Shown here piece by piece: positions 1-9,028 of a stretch of 31,973 nt of DNA (positions within the stretch are counted from its first letter, which is position 1; every line of letters starts with the position of its first letter). A model generated the notes under the pieces. It did not search any database. It had not been told where the DNA came from and worked only from the letters and a program-made list of their open reading frames with translations. The position numbers and the translations under genes are program-made. The stretch covers positions 1 to 31,973 of the IMG/VR virus record IMGVR_UViG_3300017911_001383, one strand, 5' to 3'. Source of the stretch: a virus (lineage: Duplodnaviria > Caudoviricetes).

Positions 1-2546
1 AGTGCGATTTTTTTTTTTTTTTTATTGCGGCGAGCCGGCAAGCTGTTGCTTAGCCACGGGACCTGGCTCTTGAGCTGGTCAATCACACTGCGCGCATCGC
101 GGACAATCGGATCCTGCAGCCGCTCGCCTTGAGCGACAACCCGTGGGACCAGTGAGCGCTGGAAGCTCTCCAGGGTGCCGTTAGCGTACCGGCCAGGATC
201 GTTGAGCGTAGCCACCATGTTGGAAAAACCTTGCAAGAAGGTCTTGTTCGTCATGTTGTAAGCAATCGCGCCTGACGAAGCCATCAGCACTCGTTCCCAG
301 CTTTCGCCGTCCAGGCTCGAGCTCATGCCCAGCTCAGCAGCATCAGCAGCCAGGCCCATGATTGTGGAGAACGGCTCAGCTCCTGCGTAGCTTAGATACT
401 GATCGCCTATCCGAATAGAGTAGGGCTGCCAGCCCTGGCGCCGTAGCGCGGCTCGCAGATCTGGGTCAGCTGGGCCGGCGCCGGTCACCTGGCCATTCGC
501 TGCCATCATGCCGACCATCATCATGGTTGCGCTGCCCATGTAGATCCTGGTGCGCGCCATATCAGCTGCAGCCTTGTCAGCTGGGGATGCGCCTGGAGCC
601 TTGCCTCGTTTGATTGCTCTAGCGCTTTCGCCGTAGAACATCCCAATCGGTGAGCGCTCTACCATTGCGTACTTAGCAGCGTTGTATGGCGTCTTAAAGA
701 ACGGCAAGAAATACCGCATCATTGGGATCTTGCGGACGCCATTAAGAGCCTTGCCGGCCGAGTCCAGATCGGTTTGCAGAGTCACATACTTGGCATGAGC
801 GTCAGCTTCTTTGATCGCCGACGCCGGCGGGTCATACACAAACTCAGCAATCCTGGAGCTCAATGCATCGCCGGTCAGCCCCTCTGAATGAGCCTGTCGA
901 TACGCCTGTTGGTAAAGGCTCATGCGCTGCGCCACCACCTTATAGAAGGTGTCCTCAAACTCGAGCATCCGAGTCGGGATCCTGCCCAGGGTAAACACAT
1001 TACCCAGGAAATCTGCTGCTACGCCGGCCATGCCCTGAGCCTCAAAGCCCTCGGCTGAGAAAGCCCTGACCGGCCGGGTGCCCCGCTGCCCGTCAATCTT
1101 CGTGCCCAGAACCGGCGCCTCTCCTGTGCGGAATGACTTGCCAGAAGCCGACCAGGCGTCCTGGATAGCCATCATGGCGCCAAACAGCTGCGCCTGTACC
1201 TCACCGAAATGGACGCCGCCTTCACCACCCAGAGCTCTCCTGGCGGATCCTGCTGTAGCAGCCATTGCCGTCTCGCCCACATGAGCGGTCATGATGAGGA
1301 TGTTGCCCACATTGTTCTTTACATGGGTGATCGGGTTACTGAGCAGGATGTTGATCCAGGCCTCATAGAAAGCGTCGTTGAATTTCTTGAACTTGCTGCC
1401 ACCCCTGGTCACTGCAGCGCGGTCGGCCACAGATCCGGCTTCGTTGTAAGCCCTGGCCATCAGCCGGACATCCTCAGCCCCGCCAAACTCCTCGAGCAAG
1501 GTGTTTACATCTGCAGACCTGGCCTCGATGTCCTGGCCAGCCTGGCCACCTCGAGCCGGGATCTTGAACTGCCCCAAAGCCCTGGCGATTTCTGTCTGCG
1601 ATCCTTTAATCTGCATCTGCAGCTGGGCGACAAGCTCAAGCTGCTCGCGGAAGCGCAGCGCATCTTCGTTGGTGCCGGTCTCGGCTTTCTTCGCCAGCTC
1701 GTCCAGATACTTGATCTCAGTAACCAGGAGATCCCTGGCGGCCAACATGGTCTCTGCCAGGCCAAGCGGTTTGCCATCTGGGCCTGTCATCTGAATTACC
1801 TGGCCCTGATTGCGCCCCAAGATTGCCTTTGCCAGCTTGTTGGGGTTCATGCCCAGGATATCAGCCATCTGCCTGGTGGCTTCGGTGGTGATCTCGCCGC
1901 GCTTGGCTTCGTTGATCTTTCCTGCGTAAGTGCCGCTGATCGACTGGATGGTGCTAAGAACCCGGCCCTCGTCGGGGATCTTCTCATCGCCCCTGGATCC
2001 GACAGCTCGGAAATCATCCAGCATACCGTCAGGCTGGATCTCGACCTCCTTGTCAATGCCCTCGATTACGAGGCCGGCCTTCTCCTCATCCGCCAGCTTA
2101 GGAGGCTCGAAGCGGAGATTGGGAACTGTACCTTCGGCGCGCAAGTTAGGCAAAACACTGCCACGCTCGTATGGCGCATACATGCCGTCCTCAAAGGTGA
2201 TCTCCTCACCCTCGATGTCTGTCCGGCCGGTGGTGTCCAGGTTGCCTCGGTTGGCCACCATGTCATCGACCTTCTTGGCAGCATCGCCAAAAGTGCCACT
2301 AAAATCGAAGCCTATGAGCCTGGCCAGCTTTGCGCTGATAGGACCAGACATGGCGAGTTGGATCTCGTCCTGGGGAACAGTTTTGATAGGAGCAAGGAGA
2401 TCGAACTCAGAGTCGGGTGTGAGGCTAAATTCGAGAGCGCCAGGGTCGGGTTGCGCCAGCTCCGCCCCAGTAAGAGGCTCGAGCAGCCCACCAGCTAGAC
2501 CGACCTGATTTGCCAGGGTCTCGGGTGCATCGGGATCAATCGACAT
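1..2546 (-). CDS. Large internal virion/ejection protein, partial (runs off the left edge; >840 aa; absent from the ORF track)
   Basis: ATG at 2546 (MSIDPDAPETLANQVGLAGG...). The frame was open in every stretch I translated, including ...TGAGPADPDLRAALRRQGWQPYSIRIGDQYLSYAGAEPF... (~370-485), a motif I recognise from large podovirus internal proteins. It sits last in the ejection-protein block. Confidence 0.8.
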   Translation of the reverse strand, partial: MSIDPDAPETLANQVGLAGGLLEPLTGAELAQPDPGALEFSLTPDSEFDLLAPIKTVPQDEIQLAMSGPISAKLARLIGFDFSGTFGDAAKKVDDMVANRGNLDTTGRTDIEGEEITFEDGMYAPYERGSVLPNLRAEGTVPNLRFEPPKLADEEKAGLVIEGIDKEVEIQPDGMLDDFRAVGSRGDEKIPDEGRVLSTIQSISGTYAGKINEAKRGEITTEATRQMADILGMNPNKLAKAILGRNQGQVIQMTGPDGKPLGLAETMLAARDLLVTEIKYLDELAKKAETGTNEDALRFREQLELVAQLQMQIKGSQTEIARALGQFKIPARGGQAGQDIEARSADVNTLLEEFGGAEDVRLMARAYNEAGSVADRAAVTRGGSKFKKFNDAFYEAWINILLSNPITHVKNNVGNILIMTAHVGETAMAATAGSARRALGGEGGVHFGEVQAQLFGAMMAIQDAWSASGKSFRTGEAPVLGTKIDGQRGTRPVRAFSAEGFEAQGMAGVAADFLGNVFTLGRIPTRMLEFEDTFYKVVAQRMSLYQQAYRQAHSEGLTGDALSSRIAEFVYDPPASAIKEADAHAKYVTLQTDLDSAGKALNGVRKIPMMRYFLPFFKTPYNAAKYAMVERSPIGMFYGESARAIKRGKAPGASPADKAAADMARTRIYMGSATMMMVGMMAANGQVTGAGPADPDLRAALRRQGWQPYSIRIGDQYLSYAGAEPFSTIMGLAADAAELGMSSSLDGESWERVLMASSGAIAYNMTNKTFLQGFSNMVATLNDPGRYANGTLESFQRSLVPRVVAQGERLQDPIVRDARSVIDQLKSQVPWLSNSLPARRNKKKKKIA

Positions 2547-2557
2547 TGTATTTGATA

Positions 2558-2586
2558 ATCCTACCTTTTAGAGGCGTTGATTACAA
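2558..2586 (-). promoter_or_regulatory. Putative internal sigma70 promoter for the large internal protein gene
   Basis: Minus strand TTGTAA(2586-2581)-17 nt-TAGGAT(2563-2558). The -35 includes the upstream gene's stop codon. Confidence 0.5.
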
Positions 2587-3978
2587 GCCAGGGACCGCCA
2601 GGCCGATCTGGTCGTAGATTGGCTGCCAGACCGCAGCGCCGGCCGTCAGGGCCTGGGCTGCAATAGCATCACTTTCCTTGAGGAGGTTCTGATAGCGGTC
2701 TTGCTGCTTCGGATCCTTCTCGATGTCACGAGCCTGGGTGTAGACCTCGTGCATCTTTTCTTTCACGTCACTGATCTCCTTAGACCAGATCTGCAGCTCG
2801 CCCTTCTTGCCGTTAGGCAGAGTGACAACAACCTTGCGGTCAAAGTAACCGCCTGGATATGCGGTCCAGCCCTCGTCATCGATCTCGAATGTCTCGCTAA
2901 TTTTCTTGACCAAGGCCTCAGCCTCATCGGGCCGATCCACAGCAATGCCGGCCCTGACGATATCAGCCAGGTCTTCGGGCGATTTGTACCCTTTGCGAGA
3001 GATCTTTGCCTTGGCTGTCTCAGGCTTCTTGATTCCAGGATCAGCGACCTTCGGCTGGTTCTCTGGTATGACGACTGCTTCGTCTGTTTCGATAGGCCGC
3101 TCAGAAAACTCCTTGAGGAAGTTTACCAGGTCAGCCTGGGCTTCTTCGGCCCCGTCATAGACTTTTGCCATCAGCCGGTTAGTCGGCAGCTGATCTACCA
3201 GGAACTGACCGCCTTTGACAATCGCGCCGCCCAGCAACGCAGATGTCGTTGCTGCTGCTGCCGTTTGCGTGAAGTCGAGCTCACCTTGCTCCCCTGCGCC
3301 AATCTTCACTTTTTGTCGCATAATGTCGTCAGCTGCGCCGTAAGCTGCAGCCTCAAGCGAGGCTGCCGTGCCAGCGCTACGCTTGAGGATCTCTTTGAGG
3401 CCAGCCTTTGTCGCTGTCTTAACACCAGTGCGACCAGCCACTCCAATGCCAAATGTGCCCAGGCCCACATATGTCGAAGGATCTGTGAGCACTCCAGTCC
3501 AGAATCGACGTGTGCCAGACCAGGACACTTGCTTCTCGTCATACAGCTTCATCAGCTCGAACAAAGCATAACGCTCGTTGCCACCTTCCGGCAGCTGGCT
3601 GGCCTGGTAGCTAATCAAGCCCATTTGCGGGAGGTTGTAGTTGAACCACCCCATGAACTCCATGCCCCACTTCGCAAAGTCCTCTCGGGACTTGGGAGGC
3701 TGCTGGCCGACCAGGGTGCCATATTGCTTGTCAGCCTGGCCCTCTCCGCCAAAAGCGTCATACACCCCCTGAGCAGCTGCCTGGAACTGCGGGTCCGCGA
3801 TCAGCTCTTCTTCGGTTGGAGCTGACGGTCTGCCAGGATCTGTGATGTCGTTGTCGTAGACATAGTCAACGTCAATCGGCATTTCGCTGTTCATGAAATG
3901 CATCTGCTCGTAGAGAGCTTTGCCGCGCCGCTGATGACGAGAAACTACGAAACGCTCGGTCGGGTCATTCTGCTGCAT
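2581..3978 (-). CDS. Internal virion protein with C-terminal RelA/SpoT-like (small alarmone synthetase-like) nucleotidyltransferase domain
   Basis: The N-half has Gly/Ala-rich segments typical of ejection proteins (DPSTYVGLGTFGIG; AAAATTSALLGGA). The C-part has IKKPETAKAKISRK / DLADIVRAGIAV / GGYFDRKV / GELQIW / KMHEVYTQAR in RelA/SpoT synthetase motif order. Confidence 0.75.
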   Translation of the reverse strand: MQQNDPTERFVVSRHQRRGKALYEQMHFMNSEMPIDVDYVYDNDITDPGRPSAPTEEELIADPQFQAAAQGVYDAFGGEGQADKQYGTLVGQQPPKSREDFAKWGMEFMGWFNYNLPQMGLISYQASQLPEGGNERYALFELMKLYDEKQVSWSGTRRFWTGVLTDPSTYVGLGTFGIGVAGRTGVKTATKAGLKEILKRSAGTAASLEAAAYGAADDIMRQKVKIGAGEQGELDFTQTAAAATTSALLGGAIVKGGQFLVDQLPTNRLMAKVYDGAEEAQADLVNFLKEFSERPIETDEAVVIPENQPKVADPGIKKPETAKAKISRKGYKSPEDLADIVRAGIAVDRPDEAEALVKKISETFEIDDEGWTAYPGGYFDRKVVVTLPNGKKGELQIWSKEISDVKEKMHEVYTQARDIEKDPKQQDRYQNLLKESDAIAAQALTAGAAVWQPIYDQIGLAVPGL

Positions 3979-5816
3979 CAGCCTCTCTCCTCGATAGCTG
4001 ACAATCGGTCGCCGCTAGTCTGGCCCCCGCCTGTCAAAGCATCACCAAGTCGCTCCAGGATGCCTTTCTTTTGAGACCCGTCAGTGACGCCGCCGGCGCC
4101 AGCATCCTCATTCAATGTGCCATCGTTTGACGGGTCCATTGACTGGATGCGCTCAAGCACTGCCTCACCAATAAACTGCAATGTCTCCAGCTCGAGGATC
4201 TTTTGCCTGGGTGTTAGATCCCGAGAGGCAGATACCAGCTCGGCTGCAGCCTGGATGTCCTCTGGCGACCACTTGCTAAAGCTGCTCAGCTTGTTAGCTG
4301 CTGTCGGATTACGAGAGGCGATTAGGTCGAGGACAGTTGAGCTCGGCGCCAGGTACGTCAGCTGCTGCGTCTTTGCGTCGTTAAACATCCGCAGGACTTC
4401 GTTGTACGCTTCCTCTGGCGTTAGCGCGTCTTCGACGCCTTCATGCACAAGGTCATCAAAGGTTTTCATAGCGTCGGCCCTCAGCTGGCCCATGAACTCT
4501 GGGTCGAACTGTGTGCCAAAGCTGGTGTCGCTATCACCGATAGCTGTCCTCAGATAGCCTCTGTGCTTCTTGATGTCCCTGGCCAGCGGAGTCTTTTCCA
4601 TCAAGCTGTTGCTATAGCTGTTGAGAGACAGATAGTCAGTCAGCTTGATATCGCCGGTCGGGCCCAGATGCTTGAGAGCGTCGTTCATCACGGCGTCTAC
4701 TTCGTCCTGGTCAACAGCCTGATCGAGCCTGGCATAGAAGCTGGCCATGACACGGGTGTCGGTAGCCGGCGCATCTTGCCCCAGGATGGCTTTCTCCAGG
4801 GCGGTGACTTGCTCAGCTCGCAGAGTCCGGTTGCCCTGATGCTCGATGACATCAAGGATCGTTGGCATCTGTGCACCAGCAACGCCTTGCTGTGCGTTGC
4901 GGACCGAGCTCATCAGGTCTGCGAAATTTGTGTCCTGGGTGGTCTTTAGCTCTTTCGCTGCGGCCTTATCGGCTTTGGCGGCCTCGGCGTTTGCTGCTCG
5001 TGTTAGCGATATGGCCAGGGTGTTGGTCCTGTTGATGAGCTGCTCCCGCTTCTCCGGCTTCATGTTGGGGAAGTTTTTGGGGTCTTGCAGCGTAATCAAA
5101 AAGTTTTCTGCATCAGTTGGGTCGCGCCGTATGGCAATGCCGTTGATGATGCTTTGAGCCCCCAGGTAGTCAATGCGCTGCTCTGCGTCCTGGCGACGGC
5201 TTAAAACGTCGGAGGCTTTTATATACCCGGCCCCAGACATTTCTTCAAAGATGCCGGCAGTTTGAGACCCGTCTGGCAGTTTGCCGCCGAACAGTTTTAC
5301 CCTGGCAGCGTGTGCCTCTGCTCGGTTGCCATTTGCAATCACGTTTACCAGTTGCTCAATGTTCTGGTCATAGGTGGCGATTTGACCATCTATGCCACGA
5401 ACTCTAGCTTCCTTAAATACACTTACACTTTTATTGAGAACCGCAGTGCCGGCAGAAGACTTGAACCGTCGCTGAACCACTGGATCCTGGATGCCCTGGA
5501 CGATCTTGGCGACAGCTGCCGCAGTTTCCTGCTTGTAGAGCGTTGGAACATCGTCCGGGTTGGTGTTCATCGATTTCATTTCGATGTCACGCAGCTCAGT
5601 CGCCAGAGCAGACTCAGCCCCAGCCAGGTCAGCACCTCGCTTGGCTTTGAGCGACTGCTCGTACCATTGTGTCCCTGCCCTGGCGGCAGTCTGTCCAAAA
5701 TTTGCCAGAGCCTGGCTTTCTGCCGATAGAGCGCCAGGATTGGCGCGTACACTCATCTGCTGGGCAGATACTTCAGCGCTGCGCTTGCCTTGCGCCTGGT
5801 AGGTTGGAACCCTCAT
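3978..5816 (-). CDS. Internal virion (ejection) protein, positional analogue of T7 gp15
   Basis: 612 aa, helical and Ala/Gln-rich, with an MRVPTY N-terminus typical of this slot. Start/stop overlap the neighbours. Confidence 0.65.
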   Translation of the reverse strand: MRVPTYQAQGKRSAEVSAQQMSVRANPGALSAESQALANFGQTAARAGTQWYEQSLKAKRGADLAGAESALATELRDIEMKSMNTNPDDVPTLYKQETAAAVAKIVQGIQDPVVQRRFKSSAGTAVLNKSVSVFKEARVRGIDGQIATYDQNIEQLVNVIANGNRAEAHAARVKLFGGKLPDGSQTAGIFEEMSGAGYIKASDVLSRRQDAEQRIDYLGAQSIINGIAIRRDPTDAENFLITLQDPKNFPNMKPEKREQLINRTNTLAISLTRAANAEAAKADKAAAKELKTTQDTNFADLMSSVRNAQQGVAGAQMPTILDVIEHQGNRTLRAEQVTALEKAILGQDAPATDTRVMASFYARLDQAVDQDEVDAVMNDALKHLGPTGDIKLTDYLSLNSYSNSLMEKTPLARDIKKHRGYLRTAIGDSDTSFGTQFDPEFMGQLRADAMKTFDDLVHEGVEDALTPEEAYNEVLRMFNDAKTQQLTYLAPSSTVLDLIASRNPTAANKLSSFSKWSPEDIQAAAELVSASRDLTPRQKILELETLQFIGEAVLERIQSMDPSNDGTLNEDAGAGGVTDGSQKKGILERLGDALTGGGQTSGDRLSAIEERG

Positions 5817-6316
5817 GCCGTTGCCCTGATGTAGCTGATGTTGGACGCACCGGCCAGGAGGCTGCTGCCGGCATTGATGACGCCGGCGCGACGAGCCGCC
5901 GTGCCGTACATGCGATTAAGCTGTGCCGACATTCTGGACTGGACAGCGCTTTCCTCAGCCTGGGCAGCGCCCAGCTGAGCGTTGTAGTCCATGATTGCTA
6001 GCTCTTCCTCGGCCTCGGTGGCGTTGGCCAGGGAGACCAGAAGCGGGGTGCCTTCGTCAGCCATCCAGCCGTTGTAGCGGTTGGCTTGGGCGGTTGCGTC
6101 CTGGAGGCGTTGGAACTGATTGCGGAACTTGATTGCCTCAAGGCCGGCGGCGATCTTGATCTGCTCGGCTTGCTGCTCGGCCGCCAGAGCGTTGCGCTCA
6201 TCTATCTGACCATTGAAATTATACGCAGCTTGCTGGGTTTTCCCTTGCTGGTATTGCCCATATGCCTGGACTGTGCTGCCGGCAGCAGCTGCAAATAAAG
6301 CTGTTTCAATGCTCAT
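5813..6316 (-). CDS. Small internal virion protein (T7 gp14-like position)
   Basis: 167 aa with a hydrophobic Ala/Gly N-terminus, Q/A-rich coiled region and G/S/A-rich C-terminus. Follows the GNAT-like gene. Confidence 0.7.
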   Translation of the reverse strand: MSIETALFAAAAGSTVQAYGQYQQGKTQQAAYNFNGQIDERNALAAEQQAEQIKIAAGLEAIKFRNQFQRLQDATAQANRYNGWMADEGTPLLVSLANATEAEEELAIMDYNAQLGAAQAEESAVQSRMSAQLNRMYGTAARRAGVINAGSSLLAGASNISYIRATA

Positions 6317-6752
6317 CTGGGAACCATGCCACTCTGTAATAGTCTGAGCCTTCTGGGCCGTAACGGCGCATCAGGCCTTCGTTGCGAAAACCGAAGAACT
6401 CGGCAAAGCGGAGCGCTTGGGGCCAGTCAGCCCTACAAACGCCCTGGATGCGCCACAGGCCGCGCTCCTTTGCACAGAAGCGCATTTCCCTGCGGCAGAA
6501 CTCAATGACCGCCCTGGGCCGTCTATGGATCTCCTGGCTGCCAATGAACCAGACCTCTCCGGTTCCAGGCCACATATCCATGATGCCAGTGCAGAACAGC
6601 ACCTGGCCGTCATCTACTATTGTGTAAGCCCAGTCCGGCTGCTCGAGCCGGTGAGCGTAATTCATCATGTAGCCCAGGCGCTCGGCGCCGGCATTAAGAT
6701 TGCCGGCCATGAGCTGCTCCAGATGAGCTGCCTCGTAAGGTATCGCGTTCAT
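6306..6752 (-). CDS. GNAT-fold acetyltransferase-like protein (T7 gp13-like position)
   Basis: C-terminal RIQGVCRADWPQALRFAEFFGFRNEGLMRRYG matches the RimJ/RimL-type GNAT pattern. Located between tail tubular B and the ejection proteins. Confidence 0.75.
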   Translation of the reverse strand: MNAIPYEAAHLEQLMAGNLNAGAERLGYMMNYAHRLEQPDWAYTIVDDGQVLFCTGIMDMWPGTGEVWFIGSQEIHRRPRAVIEFCRREMRFCAKERGLWRIQGVCRADWPQALRFAEFFGFRNEGLMRRYGPEGSDYYRVAWFPDEH

Positions 6753-9028
6753 TGGTCGAAGGTTATCAGCCTCGGGAAGATTGACAAGATCGTCATCGGC
6801 ATGGCCTGGCTCTGCCGGACCACTATGAAAGCGTCGGTGTCGAAGCCACCCCGGAACTCGACTTCCTTGTCGCCGGTGAACAGGGGCAAGGCCGTGTCCA
6901 TTTCGTCGGCGGAGCTGCGGAACGGGATGCGATCCAGCTCGGAGGTTGAGCTGCCGACTTCTGCGCCGACTGTGCGGAACAGGCGCAGCGTCACGTCATG
7001 GATCCGCTTGATCTTTGCCTGGCTGGTGCCCTCTGTGCCGCCGGCGTCCAGGCGCATGGTTTGCAGCGTCGAGGTGTAGGCGAGGCCGATATGCGCGTTT
7101 GTTGTCGAAAAGTCGAGCGTGACAGATCCGCTGCTCACGACCTTGTCTGGGTGCGTCGAGCCGTTGGCCACGATCCGCACTGTCTCGCCCTCGAGATGAT
7201 CCAGGCCGCTGATCGATGTCGCTGCGGAGCCGGTGTAGGTCAGACCGGAATCGACAAAGTAGGCGTCAAGGATATTGTCTCCGAAATCAAAGAAATTAAA
7301 ATATTCAACAAATCTCTTAGTTGCTCCATTGATCGTCCTCTTTACCACCAGGTAAGTGGCATCCTCATCCAGGCTGCCAGGGATTGATGCAACGCTCTCG
7401 ACATGACCGAAGCTGTCCGAGCCGAAGGCGCCGCCAATCGTATGCTCGTGCCAGGCAATCACGTTCTCTTCGCGCCGGTAAGTCATGCCCACGAGCTTGC
7501 CGTTCTCCAGGACGCACCAGACAACATTGTCCGGCTCCTGTTGCAGCGCCATCTCCTTGATGCCGCTTTCGGTTATGTGCTCAGCCAGGAGCGTCATGTC
7601 CGGCGCCTGGTAGCTGTCTGTGTTCAGATCGAACACCAGCTCACGCAGCTTGCGCCTGGCGCGCTGCACAAACAGCGTCACGTTGGCGACCTGGACCGGC
7701 TGGATGTTTGCCGAGCCATAGGTTGCCTGGCGCTTGACCACTGCGTTGGTCGGGCTCAGCGGCGCGTCTTCGGAGCTCGTCACAACAAACTCACCGCCGG
7801 ACGTGCCCACCAGAAGAACCCTGCCGGCCTGGAGATACCGGATCACGTTGACCTGGTTTGACCCCAGGGTGTAGGTCAGCGCGTCAGACGGGCCTATGCC
7901 CGCTGTGAAATCCTCGAAGCTGCCGCCTACCGAGAAGAAGATTGTCTGCGGCTGCTCAGTGGTCGATGCCATGACCAGGCGCTGCTCATAGAAAGTAATC
8001 GCTGCTGGGTAGCCTGTAGTGGCCGAGAAAGCCCCCAGGGCAAAATTGCTGTCAGCGTTCAGATCACCTGATATTGTGATGGAATCGCCAGCACCCGAAT
8101 TGTTGAAGTCACCAGACGGCGAGATCAAAATGCTGTCATCTGTGACCTGGACGATAAGAACATTAGACTGGTTGTTGTGGCTGTTCGATGCGCCTGATGT
8201 CGAAATCCGCATCCCGACCTCGAAACCCTGGGCGATAAAATTACCAGCGCTGTCCTGGATCCGGTCATTATGCTCGAGGCCGGTGGCTGAGGGGTCTCCC
8301 TCATGAAAGCTGATCGTTGTGGCCGTGTAGCTTGGCTCGAGCTCTGATCTGCCATCAGCTGTCTCCTGCACCGCAGCAGTGACAGATGTAGCTGATGTAT
8401 AAGCGGAGATCTTTGCGAAACCGTGATGTAGCTTGACCAGGCGTCCAACATCATCGCTGTCGAATGTATCAGCGCTGGCTGTGATCGTGACGCTGCCAGT
8501 GCGAGCTGAGGCCGTCAGGGTCGTGCTGTCTGTGTTTGCGTCCTGGAACGGGCCGCGCTGGAAATCGACAACGGTGATGGTCCAGGCCGTGTGGCTGGTG
8601 CGTGTGATCTTCCTGGGCGCGTGATTAGGGTGGACGATATACATCACGTCCGCCGACTGGGTAAACTTGAGATCATCCAGCTCTGTGTGCAGATACGGGG
8701 TTGTGACCTCGACAGGGGCTGCCGGGCTGCCAGTTACAACCGTGCCGCCATCCTTGTGGATCCGAAAGTATTGATCGCCAAACTCCAGGATATAGGCTTG
8801 CTCGACGTTGAACTCGAAGGGGATCAGCCTGGCGTTGTTCGCGCTGTTCTTGACCTCGCGGACAAAGATGCTGCCAGGTCGCCGGCTTGCTCCGCCATGC
8901 GGGTGCACAACGAAATTCTCAAGAGTCTTGCAGCCGTTGAAATACTTCTGCAGATCTGTGCGCCCGTCCAGGCGGGGGCTCAGCTCACCGGCTGTGAAGT
9001 TGCTAAAGCTAGGGGATGCCTTGGCCAT
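6749..9028 (-). CDS. Tail tubular protein B / nozzle (T7 gp12, P22 gp10-like)
   Basis: 759 aa. N-terminal NFTAGELSPRLDGRTD...HGGASRRPG, QSADVMYIVHP, FYEQRL, SGLDHLEGETV motifs. Follows tubular A. Confidence 0.9.
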   Translation of the reverse strand: MAKASPSFSNFTAGELSPRLDGRTDLQKYFNGCKTLENFVVHPHGGASRRPGSIFVREVKNSANNARLIPFEFNVEQAYILEFGDQYFRIHKDGGTVVTGSPAAPVEVTTPYLHTELDDLKFTQSADVMYIVHPNHAPRKITRTSHTAWTITVVDFQRGPFQDANTDSTTLTASARTGSVTITASADTFDSDDVGRLVKLHHGFAKISAYTSATSVTAAVQETADGRSELEPSYTATTISFHEGDPSATGLEHNDRIQDSAGNFIAQGFEVGMRISTSGASNSHNNQSNVLIVQVTDDSILISPSGDFNNSGAGDSITISGDLNADSNFALGAFSATTGYPAAITFYEQRLVMASTTEQPQTIFFSVGGSFEDFTAGIGPSDALTYTLGSNQVNVIRYLQAGRVLLVGTSGGEFVVTSSEDAPLSPTNAVVKRQATYGSANIQPVQVANVTLFVQRARRKLRELVFDLNTDSYQAPDMTLLAEHITESGIKEMALQQEPDNVVWCVLENGKLVGMTYRREENVIAWHEHTIGGAFGSDSFGHVESVASIPGSLDEDATYLVVKRTINGATKRFVEYFNFFDFGDNILDAYFVDSGLTYTGSAATSISGLDHLEGETVRIVANGSTHPDKVVSSGSVTLDFSTTNAHIGLAYTSTLQTMRLDAGGTEGTSQAKIKRIHDVTLRLFRTVGAEVGSSTSELDRIPFRSSADEMDTALPLFTGDKEVEFRGGFDTDAFIVVRQSQAMPMTILSIFPRLITFDQ

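Noticed and set aside
1-23. 16-nt poly-T run at the window start
   Set aside because: It abruptly turns the large ORF into poly-Lys at the contig edge. Most likely a library or assembly artefact, not a terminator or poly(A) tail.
1209-3825. Long plus-strand ORFs (429 aa, 192 aa, 374 aa)
   Set aside because: Antisense shadows of real minus-strand genes in GC-rich DNA; no RBS or motifs.
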